Source of the DNA: Botryllus schlosseri
Lineage: Eukaryota
Assembly: GCA_051294905.1 (NCBI GenBank)
Contig: CM119383.1
Coordinates: 11,842,001-11,906,000 of the forward strand
Length of the DNA stretch: 64,000 bases
Reading direction: 5' to 3'
Shown here: positions 47,401 to 59,131 of the stretch, piece after piece
Layout: the number at the start of each line of letters is the position of its first letter
How positions within the stretch are numbered: position 1 is the stretch's first letter
Translations under genes and position numbers: made by a program
The notes under the pieces: generated by a model
What the model saw: only the letters and a program-made list of their open reading frames with translations
Database searches by the model: none
What the model was told of the DNA's origin: nothing

Positions 47401-48846
47401 CCGCATTTGAAACAAGCGGACGGTTCCTATTCCTACATGTACTTTACCGTCATACTGCTGGTTTATGCTGTTCACCAGGTGAGCTCGATTGATGTTAGAA
47501 TAGACTTGCTAAGTAATATTGCCAGTTGCTGCGAAAAAAAAACTTATGATACCAAATCTTTTTCATCACATTATAAAGTTTGTTGCTGTAGTTCCTCAAA
47601 TCTGTCTTATGTCAAATACACCGGTCCTGTTATGTCAATGTGTCTGCCTATTAGCTGTCTCCGTATGCCAATACTTGAGACTTGCTCTTGGAATGAACTG
47701 GTTGCATATAAAACTTTATTCCTACTTCAGGTGTCTCTGTACAGCATGTTTGTAGCCACCATGGCGTTCAATGCTAAAATTAGCGATCCGAAAATTGGAG
47801 GTACTTACATGACACTTCTGAATACGGTGTCGAATTTGGGAGGTAAGAACCAGTTTGGTGTCCATTTCAAAACTACTCCAACATTATAAATTTATTAGGG
47901 TCTACTTTGCGCTACATGAATTTTCACTACCGTCACCTCCTAATGTCTTGTGGTTTTAAATGAATAATCGTAATAGCTTTTGATGCTAGTTAAGCATGAG
48001 TTCATTCAGTCATATTCTGAATTAATTTAAAAGTACTTACGTCATGTCTCCTGTGTACATGTCCGATACTATAGTGATGCAGGCATTTTGTGTAGGCTAA
48101 TGAATGTTGAATGTTGATCAAATTCTAGGAAATTGGCCTGCTACTACAGCACTGTGGTTTGTTGATCGACTGACTTGGACATACTGTGAAGGCGGATCGT
48201 CTGATTTAGAATTTTGCACCAAAGATTCAAAAGAGGTAGCTTTTGTAAATTTCTATTTCCACGGCACCTGAATCGTTTTGAACAGTTTTTGGAACCGTTG
48301 TCAAGTAAGATTTTGTGGATGCTGTCGAATTCAGTTTGCCACCTAAACAAATCGTCAATGGCCCCATGTGCTTATAGAGGCAGACTCTTACTACTGCACT
48401 CCAATACTCGGATCAGATTTGAGTACTTGAAACGTCCCCAGCCCCAGTAACCATATATTTTTGTTGTATCTCATCTCAACGTTCTGTTATATTTCATCTG
48501 ATCAAATGAGAATTATTGGAAACACGTTAAATTTTTCCTACACTGGCAAAAAAACAATTTTGATATAACTCAGGTCTGTTGATGTCTGCATTAGCCTATA
48601 TGAGCTATGTCTGTAATTGCTGAATAACTAAAAAAAGAAGTAAAAAATGAAGTTGTGTTGTTTGAGACGCTTTCGTTTTCACAGACTTGCACTTCGAAAG
48701 GGGGTTCTTGCATCACGCACGTGGATGGCTTCTACGTTGAAGCTGTCATTTGCTTGGCACTTGGTGTGATGTGGCTGTTGTGGAAGAGAAGGGCGATGCG
48801 GCGTTTGCAAAGTTACCCCGACGAAAGTTGGAGATGTCCCACATAG
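38464..48846 (+). CDS. SLC33A1: Acetyl-CoA transporter 1 (AT-1), 523 aa. Exons 38464-38700, 41101-41454, 42509-42620, 42684-42868, 47080-47261, 47358-47478, 47731-47842, 48129-48235, 48685-48846.
   Basis: Nine GT-AG exons join in frame (1572 nt). Motifs: [100 protein letters not shown]. Confidence 0.95.
38758..40761. mobile_element. Second, uninterrupted copy (2.0 kb) of the CAGACATGG hAT-type element, in SLC33A1 intron 1
   Basis: Same TIRs and GATTAC repeats. Flanks TCTGGTTA / GATGGTTA (6/8 TSD match). Colinear with 3569-4919, 5423-5774, 7883-8067 and 8680-9048. Confidence 0.88.
43027..46757 (-). CDS. Phytanoyl-CoA dioxygenase (PhyH)-family Fe(II)/2-oxoglutarate dioxygenase of about 321 aa, nested antisense in SLC33A1 intron 4. 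Exons from the 5' end: 46757-46734 (tentative), 46351-46212, 45843-45765, 45702-45553, 45346-45185, 44972-44838, 44482-44370, 43189-43027.
   Basis: GT-AG exons join in frame: ..[18 protein letters not shown]..|[11 protein letters not shown]..|..[25 protein letters not shown]..|[45 protein letters not shown]|[19 protein letters not shown]..|..[17 protein letters not shown]|[17 protein letters not shown]. The HxD...H iron triad and the 2OG-binding Arg are present. The first exon is uncertain. Confidence 0.9.
43500..44157. mobile_element. hAT MITE in the last intron of the nested dioxygenase (itself inside SLC33A1 intron 4)
   Basis: CAGTTGTTTTCAAC / GTTGAGAACCACTG. Flanks TCCTTAAC / TCCTAAAC (7/8). 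Confidence 0.75.
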
Positions 48847-50541
48847 ATAGCGGTGCAGTGTTATGTGAACATTGGCAATGCATTTGCCGTGCAACTGCCT
48901 TTGTGATCAACTGCCTTTGTGATGCACTAAAATCTATCTCGGTGAATGATGATGTGTGAGGGGTCCACACTGTTCTTTACGGTTAGACTGCTATTTGTTT
49001 ACATGCTACTAGGCAAGGTTGTTTGAATTTGTTGCTGTCTTGAAAATGCCATTGAATCAAATCTTATGCGGATATGTGTGGTGTTGAAAAGGTATTTTAG
49101 CGCCTGGACGATATTCAAATAGGACGTTGGTGATGATAAATATTCAATTGTTTGAAATATAGAATAAAGTTGGAGTTTTGAATGATCAGGGTGCCTTGAC
49201 CGGCAACTGCAGTTTCATGCCGGTTGTGTAAATTAATTTTCTTCCGTGCATTATTTGGTGTTGGTGCAAGTGTTGTCAAAGTGTGGGCCTAATGTGCGCA
49301 ATACGAATATATCATTTCCGTTCCACGTTTTACAATGCAGTAAATGGCAAACCTGTGCACTTGTTGCAAATGAGTTGCTTCCGGTAACACTTAATTCCTT
49401 GACTTATTCATTATGTGGAAAAGAGAATGTTGCTTGTGCAATCGAATCGGATTACATACTGCTATTTCGATTAGAGACATGTACAAATCACTGTACTTCC
49501 CTACATGGTATGTCAATTTGCGAACCTGGAGTTGAATGGTGGGGATTAATCTCTTCCAATGCCAATTGGTTGTTAAAAGTTTGTATAGCTAGTAAGCTTC
49601 GCAATATTCTCATGCACCCATAATGTCACTGAATTCGGTAGGAAGCAATAAATGAGGCATGCATCTTGTGTTGCTTCTAGAACTTAATACCCTCTGATTT
49701 CTATCCTGGAGTAGAGCCTTTACTAGTCTGATATTAGTTCACAAGCAGAATGATATTAGCTCCTCCTTCATGAAAGAACAATAAATCTGAAAGAATTGTA
49801 ACTCATGTCAAGAATTTAAATCGTTGGCATTTTTCTGCGGCCTAATTATACTTAAAGTAAAATATTTTTATCAAAGTTCATGAGTGTGACATTGTAAACC
49901 TGCCATGGCCTAATATGATGGGTGTGATCATATTAACTGCAGTCAGTGCTGCGTATAATTATATTAGATGCTGGACGCCGACTGTTTTATTACTTAATTT
50001 CTTGGAGTGCTGAGCCTGGATCACAGATTTGATTTCATATTTTACTGATGTAAAACCAGTGATTTTGTGCAGCACGTTTGTTGTTCATGGTGTCTGTTGT
50101 ACTACTTGGATTTATCAATAACACCTGGTTGAAGCATAAAAAACAATATGGTGGAAGTGGACACATTACGTTTCATGCGAATTCTGTCCAACATACACCC
50201 CATCAAAACCATTCTTTGATAATCTAAATTTGGATTTCATGTCATATATTCAGTGTTGGCCCCTAAAATTCCATTCCTGTAGCTAGCCATTTGGCAACTA
50301 TGATGACAGGCCATATGCATGCATTTATTGCAATGTCTGCATTCTTTCATTTCGTTGACTGAGGATATCAAATATTTTGTCTACAGAATTAGAATATTTG
50401 CTTCTAATGTATTTTTGTTATAGGCTCTGGATACGATTGAATATATATATATGAAGTGCATAATTGTTTTTCTTTCAGATTTTCAGATAGTAGCTAGCTT
50501 TTAATCGGCCATATGTAGAACCAGGTTCCTTTGATCGAAAT

Positions 50542-51918
50542 ATGACAAGAAATGCGGCAATCGTTCTGCTGTCTGCAATTTTTGCAGGGGCCGTAGCAAG
50601 CCAAAACTTTATGTCACATTTCGGAACAAAAACGGTCTACTTCCACCGTCCACCCATTAAAGACGCGTTGCCTTGGACACATGAAAATGTCCCGCGTGAT
50701 TTAGAAGTGCTCAGAATCGACGCCACACTGAGGCACGGCACGCGGTATCCAAGTCAGAAGAGAGCTGAGAAATTTGAGAAAGTTGCTCCGAAATTTGCAG
50801 AGCTCATCTCCAATGTTTCAGACACTCTGCACCGGTCGGTTAAAAATTGGATGTCAAAGTTTACAAGCGGCAAATACAACCTTCTGTCGAAACTCGGCTG
50901 GGAAGAGCATCTCCATTTGGGGAAGAAATTTTACTCAATGGCGCCGGAATTTTGGCGAGAGAGTGCAAGCCGCGGCCGAGTGAACGTGCAGTCGAGTATC
51001 AAAGTGCGGGCACTGACAAGTGCAAGGGCATTTCTTACTGCTGTTAAATCTATGGCAGAAGACGGCGATGTAGACCTTAATCATCCCGATATTGCGTTTG
51101 ATCCACAAAAAATGACTAACGAGTCCAATATGCTCGATGAATCAGACGAGATCCAATATTTTGGGTTTAAAGTTAAAATCGCAAACGACCTACTGCGTTT
51201 TTTCGAGACTTGTAGAAAATATTCAGAAATGGTGACAAAGAACAAGACATCGAAGATTGAGTATAAGAAATATTTCAAGACCGACACCTACAGAAATATC
51301 GCCCGCGAGATTATAGGAGACATCGATGATCCAAAGGAAGTTTATCATATCTATTTATTATGCGCTTTCGAAATGGTCAACTTCAATGATTCCGTTTGGT
51401 GCCAGCTATTTCAAGAAAAGCACATTCTGTACTTTGAGTATGCGGCGGATTTAAAGCATTTTTACAAAACAGGCAACGGATACGGAATCAATTATGAACA
51501 GTCCTGTGTATTACTACGGGACGTAATCCATCAGCTTGAGAATGAAAGTAATGCAATCACGTTGCGGTTCGCCCATGCAGAAACACTCATTCCGTTGGTA
51601 AGCCTTCTAGGATTTTTCAATGAATCCACCAATTTGCGCTCTGACAATTTCCTTCAGATGACGCATCGAAATTTCCGAACTAGCGTCATTGGTCCATTTT
51701 CGGGTAACCTTGCAATCATTTTGTATTCGTCTCGCAGTACACCGTCTGCAAAGTTTATTTCGTTTGTTCTGAATGAGTATATTGTCAAGCCATTCGGGCT
51801 TGATTGCTTTTTTTGTGAATATCATCCGAAATCTGCTGCCTATGAGGAGTTGCGCAAGAAAATCGTAAACTGTGATGCGAAGTGTCATTACAATGATAAT
51901 ATTAAAGATGAGTTGTAG
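50542..51918 (+). CDS. MINPP1: Multiple inositol polyphosphate phosphatase 1 (histidine acid phosphatase), single coding exon, 458 aa
   Basis: N-terminal hydrophobic signal peptide, catalytic RHGTRYP, EYAADLKHFYKTGNG, the RFAHAET motif typical of MINPP, FRTSVIGPFSGN, and C-terminal ER-retention KDEL. Confidence 0.93.
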   Translation: MTRNAAIVLLSAIFAGAVASQNFMSHFGTKTVYFHRPPIKDALPWTHENVPRDLEVLRIDATLRHGTRYPSQKRAEKFEKVAPKFAELISNVSDTLHRSVKNWMSKFTSGKYNLLSKLGWEEHLHLGKKFYSMAPEFWRESASRGRVNVQSSIKVRALTSARAFLTAVKSMAEDGDVDLNHPDIAFDPQKMTNESNMLDESDEIQYFGFKVKIANDLLRFFETCRKYSEMVTKNKTSKIEYKKYFKTDTYRNIAREIIGDIDDPKEVYHIYLLCAFEMVNFNDSVWCQLFQEKHILYFEYAADLKHFYKTGNGYGINYEQSCVLLRDVIHQLENESNAITLRFAHAETLIPLVSLLGFFNESTNLRSDNFLQMTHRNFRTSVIGPFSGNLAIILYSSRSTPSAKFISFVLNEYIVKPFGLDCFFCEYHPKSAAYEELRKKIVNCDAKCHYNDNIKDEL

Positions 51919-52695
51919 CTATGCATTCCGTTGGTAAAGAATATATTTTTATATAGTACCGTAGTTCACTGCAGCAAACTGAATTTATATGTTTGATTAC
52001 CTTCGATAAGTACATTTGTGTTTTATCCTGCAGTACTGGATAATAAATGTTTTGCATGCTATCAATCTGTTTGTTCGGACAAGTTTAAATTGCCAAGAGG
52101 TGCAGCAGAGGTCACGCAAGGAGATGAAGTGATTGTGAAAGTCGGGATTTCAGGATGGCTCTCTCATTCAGGGGTGGTCAGTGACGTAGTACTTTTACTT
52201 TTCGAAGTACTTGAAGTAGATTTGGCCCACTCGCACTACTTCCTTAAGTAATTATGATTTTAGGCTACTTCTACCTGACAGTTTTCAGTTTTTTAGGCCA
52301 CAATAGACTCAAAATACTTATTTACTTGTGAACGGCCACTTCTACTTGAGTAGACATTTCGGCGTTGTTCTGGTTCTACTGGAGTAGCAACGGTGACTAC
52401 TTTGACCGCCTCTGCTCTCATTGAGGTTGTATTGTTAGCTAAGTCGGCCTCATCACTCCTTCGTGAAACATAAATCGCCAACTTCTGCGCATCCGTGACG
52501 AGATCCCTACTTTCAGTAACTTTACCATCGTTAGTCGCCGCTGGACAGACTAGTGGCAAAATGCACCATCTTCAACTAGTTGCGCACTCGGCAAAGATTT
52601 TGTCTAATGATATTGTTAATTGTTATGCTATACAGTCATATTGCTCTTGCTTCAGTTACACAAAAACTTCGACTGTACGTCTTGAAAGATTACCA

Positions 52696-52753
52696 GTGAA
52701 CCCAGCCCTCGGTAAACCCAGCCCTGGCTGGGTTTACCGAGGGCTGGGTTCAC
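52696..52753. repeat. Perfect 28-bp inverted repeat with a 2-nt spacer
   Basis: GTGAACCCAGCCCTCGGTAAACCCAGCC-CT-GGCTGGGTTTACCGAGGGCTGGGTTCAC. A direct repeat CTTGAAAG lies at 52681-52688 and 52763-52770. Confidence 0.9.
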
Positions 52754-53752
52754 CGGCAACCTCTTGAAAGTATAAGTAGTGGGTTACCATATTTTGAGAT
52801 CCGAAAAAGAGGGCACGTTTTACAATAGTTACAAAAGCTATAATATCGGAGAAAAAATCGGGTAAATAGGCAATTTTTCCCCACAATATTTTTGAGTTGA
52901 CTAAAAAAGGTCACTTTCCGGACTCGACTCCCGAAATACCCGTTTGTTCGGATAATATGCATTGTTGCGTCACAATACCAAACTCCTCTACACTGCAACA
53001 TTCGAGGCTGGTTTTGGGGGTTCCAGGCCGACGAGCAGAATAAAAGTTATATTTTCGCAATCAGTACCACGGTAGCTACCAATTGACACCAGTTTGAGCG
53101 CTCGGCAAGCCGGTCAAAAGTTACTGTTAAATTGCCTTTGGCGAAATGAAAAGTGTGACGTAAACTAATCGCAGTGAGCCGTGAGATTTGCTTGTGTCCA
53201 CAGCCACACCATTGTAGGATACTATGCATAAACAGACCAAAATATCTTTAACCAGGACTTCACCGTTATGCACCATGTTTACGGTCGGCGGTCATCATCA
53301 TCAGGACCAGGGATATCTAGAAACTAGTTCTATCTAGAACAGAGGTCTCAAACACGCGGGCCGCATACAGCCCGCGAGAGCATTTTGTGCGGCCCGCGAC
53401 GGCATTTTGGAATTTCAAGTATTCAACAATATATTCAAGTGACCTATCTTTTTTAGATATAAGAACTTGAAGTTCATCCCAAAACTACTATAAAAATCAC
53501 TGAAATCTCAACAATTGTGTTGAAAATGGACAGATGCTACGAGAAATCTGATTAAAAGCACAATCGCTAAAAAGGTTAGGAAGCACTGCTATTATTATTA
53601 TGGCTCAATAATTATTACACTTGAGTTGTTATTGATATGTTCCAATAATAATCGAAAGCAAAATCGAACGCTAATTTAATTTGACTTTGGCAATAACAGT
53701 AACAATAGCCTATACTCATCACGACTATATCAAAACCAGAATTAGGCTACAC

Positions 53753-54879
53753 CAGGGGTGGGCAAACTTTTGAGCTCGCGGGCCGCATTCCACATCTGAA
53801 TCCATTCGTGGGCCGCACTATATAAAATTGGGATTATTAACCAAAACGCAATATTGATATTTGATTATATAGTGAGGACATGGAGATAATATACGTAAGT
53901 GCTTATTTAAAACATGCCAAACATTGCTTTGATGATATCGTACACGCGTCAGAAACATGTAGTGGCGAGATTTCATAGGCTGGCGGACCTCAATAACCAA
54001 ATTGTCAAAACTATAGAGATGAGATGAAAGTCGGTTGGCCCGATTCTTAGAACAAGATTGAAATTTAAATCTGTGAGCAGCGATCTGTACATAGATTTAC
54101 TAATTCCACTTTTGGTTCAGTTCCAGGACACACAATGCTGACATCATCATAACCATGTTAGCTTCAAACACGGTTCTACTATGTGTAGATAAAATGTAAA
54201 TACCCCAATTCTACGCATACAAACGAATCTACCTAAGACACGCCCGAATCGTTTTTTATAAGCACAACACTGAAATAATTAAAAATGGAGTGGTCAATCT
54301 GAAATCCCACTCGTGCTCCAAATTATGTCAATCTCGTTGCAGCTATCCCGCTGTGATATTAAGTATTTACCTTAGATCAGTGATTCTCAAACTTTTTAAG
54401 ACACGCCCCCCCCCCCCCCCTTATGATGGTAAAAGATTTCGCGCCCCCTTATATCGTCATATCACAAAACGCAACCAGGATGCTAGCAAACCTAACGGAT
54501 AGTTTGATGGCATGGAAGGTTACGACTGTGGATGAGAGATTTTTAATATATGTAATTCAGACTAAATACAGAGCAAAAACTTTGAATTCGATGTAAATCG
54601 CGCGGAGCGCGAAAATTTTTCAGTTGCGCTCAGGTTCGCGTCCCCCTTCAGATGCTTTCACGCCCCCAAGGGGAGCGAGCCCACCAGTTTGAGAACCACT
54701 GTCTTAGAATTATCATGGTGAAATATACTAAGAAATAGTTAATCAAGTCCCTGCATTAATTCGATTTTTAGTACGCATTTTATCAATATTTAAAAAAAGT
54801 TTCTTTAGACTCTCGCGGGCCGCACAGAACGGTGTTGCGGGCCGCATGCGGCCCGCGGGCCGTAGTTTGCCCACCCCTG
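53753..54879. mobile_element. Level-3 hAT MITE of the nest
   Basis: CAGGGGTGGGCAAAC / GTTTGCCCACCCCTG. Perfect TSD GGCTACAC at 53745-53752 and 54880-54887. Confidence 0.9.
54378..54701. mobile_element. Level-4 hAT MITE of the nest
   Basis: CAGTGATTCTCAAAC / GTTTGAGAACCACTG. Flanks CCTTAGAT / TCTTAGAA (6/8). Confidence 0.8.
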
Positions 54880-56299
54880 GGCTACACCATCATTTAAATG
54901 CTCCGATATCAGATCGACCTTCAGTAGATTTTATAATATTCTATATAAAATTGTGGCACGTCAAAGGTCCACTAGCTGCAATATTATAACCCGACAGTTT
55001 TAAGATGTCATGATGCATCCTCTCGTATGGTGTCTATAACTCGTTAATTAAAAAAATTATGCCCTGCACAAAATCAATTTTATTTATATTTTTATAAATA
55101 TTTGAAAACATTGTTTTTTTTCGTGTCAAGAGTGAATAATACAATAATAAATTACACCAACACGTTGTTTGTGAAATTCCTGTCGGCAGGGTCCCGTCGA
55201 ATAAGGCCTACTTGGAATTATACACTGAATATCCTCATTTTTATTGATGCTGCGGCCCGCGGTGTCATCAAAAACTCGGAAATTGGCCCGCGGGCACATT
55301 TGAGTTTGAGACCTCTGATCTAGAAACTAGTTCTAGATATCCCTGATCAGGACACCCATTCAGTACCAATTATTATCTAGGCCTATATCTACTTGCTATA
55401 ACTCGAACGACAATTTAGCGGGTTCCAGCCACCCCACAACGTACATCGACTATCTTGGGTGCAAATCGCCCGTAGGGTCATGCTACACGTTTTTAGAAAG
55501 TATTTAAACAATTATGGCATAATTATACAACGTTTGGAAAAATTTGTTTTTCAAAAAATACATTTTTAAATCACTTTTTAAAACATGTTTTAAACAAAGT
55601 GTTTTAAACACGTTTATTTTAAATGCAACCATAGTTATGGTGCATATTTAAATAATCTTTTAACTCCACATCGAACTGTGACTTTGTGAAGGAATAAATT
55701 GCTGATACCAAAATATTTTTGCCAATTTTACCTTCAATTTGAGATCACGTCATATTTAGTATGCAGTAGTGTCCCGTACATTCGTCGCTCATAAGTGATT
55801 ATCTGGTGTTACTTAATACAACATAATGTAAATGCTGTAATTTGCTTCTCGCGACTTGAATGGATGCACGCTCTTCTTGCTCACAGTTGTCTAAAGGACC
55901 GCGCAGGACGTTGGCGCGTTTGCGAATTCTCATGAAAAATTAGAGGGATCATTGGGATGAAAAGTATAGAAGCGTGCTGTTACCCGATTGCTAGGGTCGT
56001 AAGACTGAATTCCACACCGGCGGTCACTTGCGTCTACTCTACACTTTTTAACAATGGCATCGGATGGAATAGTTCCGCGTAAGTTCTTGCCTGGCAGCTT
56101 CAATGTATGGTTACCATACGTCCTTCTGTAGGAGAGGATTTGTCCTCCTTTTTGAAGAAATGCCCTCCCTTATCCCAAATGTTCTCCTTTTGGGCAATTT
56201 GTCCTCCTTTATAGCCTAAAATGCCCCAAAAGACCACGAAAGTCGCTATAGATATATTGGCTTAAAAGTTAGACGACGGGTTGCGCGGGTCTGAAAAAC

Positions 56300-56530
56300 A
56301 GAGGTGGTCAGTAACGAAGTAGCCTACTTCTACTTTTTCGGAGTACCCAAGTATTTCTCGTCTACTTCTGGTACTTACTCTAGTAGATCCTTTTTTCGCT
56401 ACTTCTACTTCGTAATATTTTGTGAACTACTTACTTACCTTTCGCTATTTTCAGTTTGTCAAGTAGAAGTAGTTTAATCCCCCAATAAGAAAGATAGCTT
56501 AAGGAATTTCGAGGCTGTTTTCAAGTAGTA
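56300..56530. repeat. Representative of a dispersed AGTAGAAGTAG-rich MITE-like family (terminus CAGAGGTGGTCAGTAACGAAGTA)
   Basis: Related pieces at 1-41, about 925-1200, 16720-16860, 18760-19195, 22330-22460, 52170-52400 and 63310-63450. Boundaries are approximate. Confidence 0.6.
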
Positions 56531-57103
56531 GGCCTACCAACATTTAATTTTCATAAAAGTCATGTAATACCCAGAATTTTCGTTGCGCTTCGCGTACAAT
56601 AGATATGAAGTGACATATATTTTTTAAAGAGAGTATCGCTGAATATAATTTAGATACCGGGTTGCGTGGCTCCGTTTACACCGCATTGTCGCCTGATATG
56701 ATAACCCTATGATAACCCTACTTCAATGTATATGTAGGCAGCGAGTAACACTTTGGATAACTATTAACCTACCTAGGTTGGCTATCTATACAGTAGCACG
56801 TGTACCTGTACAGTACACGTATGCGTCGTACATTTGTACAAATACAATAGTATTGCGACGGCGGTTTGCATCAAATATTATGTATTGGTCGAATGAATAT
56901 ACAGTAGAATAGCGTATGCTAGTAACACGCGATATTTGATATACATTATACTGCATGATTCCATGCGCGTTGCATTATGGGTTGAGAATAAGATATGATA
57001 ATTGATCCTGGATCTACAACAGTGATAAGTCATAGTTAGATGTCCCTTTTTCGTCATCGGCTATCCAAGCCTTGAACTCAGGATACTTAGGTGACTTGGA
57101 GTC

Positions 57104-57109
57104 ATTTTA
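57104..57109 (-). terminator. Candidate polyadenylation signal of the RSPH4/6 gene
   Basis: AATAAA on the minus strand about 470 nt after the stop codon. Not verified by transcripts. Confidence 0.35.
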
Positions 57110-57574
57110 TTCAAATTTGCAAGAGATCAAAACACCGCAATATTGCGATATAATGAAAAGTGGGAGGGGTCAAAACGAATTGGATTCAATATGGTTGGCG
57201 GGAACTATTTTTCCTCTTGAGGCTGTGGGGGCGATCAAAAATGTTGTCGTCATCCCAACGGCCTCAGGCGACATTATGAATATATCGTTTTCTCATAACT
57301 GCGAGTACATAGTCGGACTCATTGCAGTAAATTATGAGTATTGTCAATTTTTTCATCATATATTTTATGGGGAAGGAAATACCTGTAATAAAATCTTGAG
57401 ACAAGAAGCGAGAAGGAAGATTTAGAAAAAAAACACTCTACTATGGGGTTATCTTGATTTACCAAATAATATCGGGCGTCCTTCGAACTTGAGCCTCCAA
57501 TCGAGGAGTTTATAATAGGACAGTTCCGGGCCTGCAAACAGGCTTCACAACTAGGCCTACTTGGAGGCGAAAAC

Positions 57575-59131
57575 TTAGGTCTCCTCGTCCTCATCTTCTT
57601 CGTCCATCTCATCCGAATCCTCCGCTTGTTGCATGGCTTCTTGTGCCGCTTTAAGCGCCGCTTCCTCCTCAACAGTGGGGTCGTCGGCTTCCGTGATATC
57701 GGATCCACTCGGGTATTCCATCTGCATCTCGGGGGGAGGGGGTGGGCTGTACTTGCTTGCTCCGTACTTGTGTCCGTAGCCAAGATAAACGTTCTCAAAT
57801 TTTCTGCCATTCGAAAAAGCAAACGAGCCCGGCCACAAGTTGGATCGTAAGATAGCGATGGCGTGCTGTGGCACTAAATGCGACGTGATCGACGCAGACC
57901 ACGGTGGTATCCCGTCGAATTCAACATCTTCCGACAAAGGCGTTAAAAGAGGAGGGCCGGTTTCAGGTTCCGGTTCATCCGGTTCTTCTTGTTCCTCCGA
58001 TAGAGCATCTTCTTCCTCGTTCTTTTGACCCAGATTAAACCACATGCATCGCCCTTGCGGCAAGATGTGTTGAACGTGGTGGACCCAACTAGATAGGGAG
58101 GGATCGATAAGTTCACGCAGCGTCATCCCCTCAAAGTCTGGATTTTCCACGAAATCAGTACTGTCTTCCCACTCGGAACCGTCCTCCTCGTCGAATTGGT
58201 AATAACCGTTCGGGCTGACTTGCGTCCCAGCGCTTATCCTGGCGATTTGAACCCTCAAATAGTTGGCTTCGTTGCCGGGAAACGGAGGGTAGCTGACCAC
58301 CGGGTTCTCCAGAACTCCAGTGAAGAACTTCTTGATCGTGCGACCGCACGTTATCTGCGCTGGCGTGACGGGTGGGAGTTTGGTCCATGGTTTACCCGGC
58401 TCATTGCAAACGAAGTAGACATATTTGTTTGTGCCAGTTCGGTTGTCTTCTTTAGGAATTACAGGAGGAGGCTTATAATCTGGCTTTGGGACTTCATCCT
58501 CTTCTCCGTCCCCAACTTCTTCCTCGTCCTCATCATTATCGTCTTCCTCCTCCTCATCTTCATCTTCTTCTTCCTCTCCTTCGCGATACTGGACCTCGGC
58601 GATGAAGTAATTGGCCTCCGTTCCTAAGATCTTTCCCCAAAATCGGACTGTTTGAAGAGGGTACGTGTCTACGAGTTGTTTCAGCGCAAGATACACTCGA
58701 TACGTTTCTTCCGTTCCGAGGCCGACTCCGGCTTGCTCGAAATAATACGAAAGCTCCATGAGATTCGGCAATGGTGTTTCGACCTCCTCTTCCGCTGCTG
58801 ACATGGTATCTTCGGAATCGCCCGATTTTGAAAACAGCTCCTTCTGCACGTCAGCAAGCGCAAATTCGGCGGTAGGTTCGAATTCGTCTCGTACGATGTC
58901 AACGTCTAAAACATTATTTTCCCTCTTTACCTTTTTAGAAACGTCTTCGAATATGTCGACGACATGTTCTGGTCGTTCGTCCAAGACTTTTGTTAAAACT
59001 CTCGCGAGATGATCGTACAGATTTGTATTCGATTTCGAGCTGACTTTTACCAGATAGGCTTTCGCGTTTTGGATTTGAAGCTCTCTTTGATTGTTGGTAA
59101 CAACGGGCTCAGAATTAGCCGTCTCTGCCAT
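57575..59131 (-). CDS. RSPH4A: Radial spoke head protein 4/6 homolog (RSPH4A/RSPH6A-like), single coding exon, 518 aa from the first ATG
   Basis: [135 protein letters not shown], plus acidic tracts. The ORF track begins at an upstream TTG (59140). RSPH4A versus RSPH6A cannot be resolved here. Confidence 0.92.
   Translation of the reverse strand: MAETANSEPVVTNNQRELQIQNAKAYLVKVSSKSNTNLYDHLARVLTKVLDERPEHVVDIFEDVSKKVKRENNVLDVDIVRDEFEPTAEFALADVQKELFSKSGDSEDTMSAAEEEVETPLPNLMELSYYFEQAGVGLGTEETYRVYLALKQLVDTYPLQTVRFWGKILGTEANYFIAEVQYREGEEEEDEDEEEEDDNDEDEEEVGDGEEDEVPKPDYKPPPVIPKEDNRTGTNKYVYFVCNEPGKPWTKLPPVTPAQITCGRTIKKFFTGVLENPVVSYPPFPGNEANYLRVQIARISAGTQVSPNGYYQFDEEDGSEWEDSTDFVENPDFEGMTLRELIDPSLSSWVHHVQHILPQGRCMWFNLGQKNEEEDALSEEQEEPDEPEPETGPPLLTPLSEDVEFDGIPPWSASITSHLVPQHAIAILRSNLWPGSFAFSNGRKFENVYLGYGHKYGASKYSPPPPPEMQMEYPSGSDITEADDPTVEEEAALKAAQEAMQQAEDSDEMDEEDEDEET

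Larger units (their letters stand above)
53340..55317. mobile_element. Level-2 hAT MITE of the nest
   Basis: CAGAGGTCTCAAAC / GTTTGAGACCTCTG. Perfect TSD ATCTAGAA at 53332-53339 and 55318-55325. Confidence 0.9.
53308..55345. mobile_element. Outermost element of a four-level hAT nest: a tiny (about 50-bp) CTAG-rich palindromic MITE
   Basis: CAGGGATATCTAGAAACTAGTTCT ... ACTAGTTCTAGATATCCCTG. Perfect TSD ATCAGGAC at 53300-53307 and 55346-55353. Confidence 0.85.

Noticed and set aside
58271-58283. X-box-like GTTGCCGGGAAAC inside the RSPH4/6 CDS
   Set aside because: It is explained by codons for the conserved FPGN peptide.
57319-58902. Overlapping ORFs around RSPH4/6 (57319-57822, 58196-58627 and others)
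   Set aside because: They are shadow frames of the real CDS and have no recognisable motifs.
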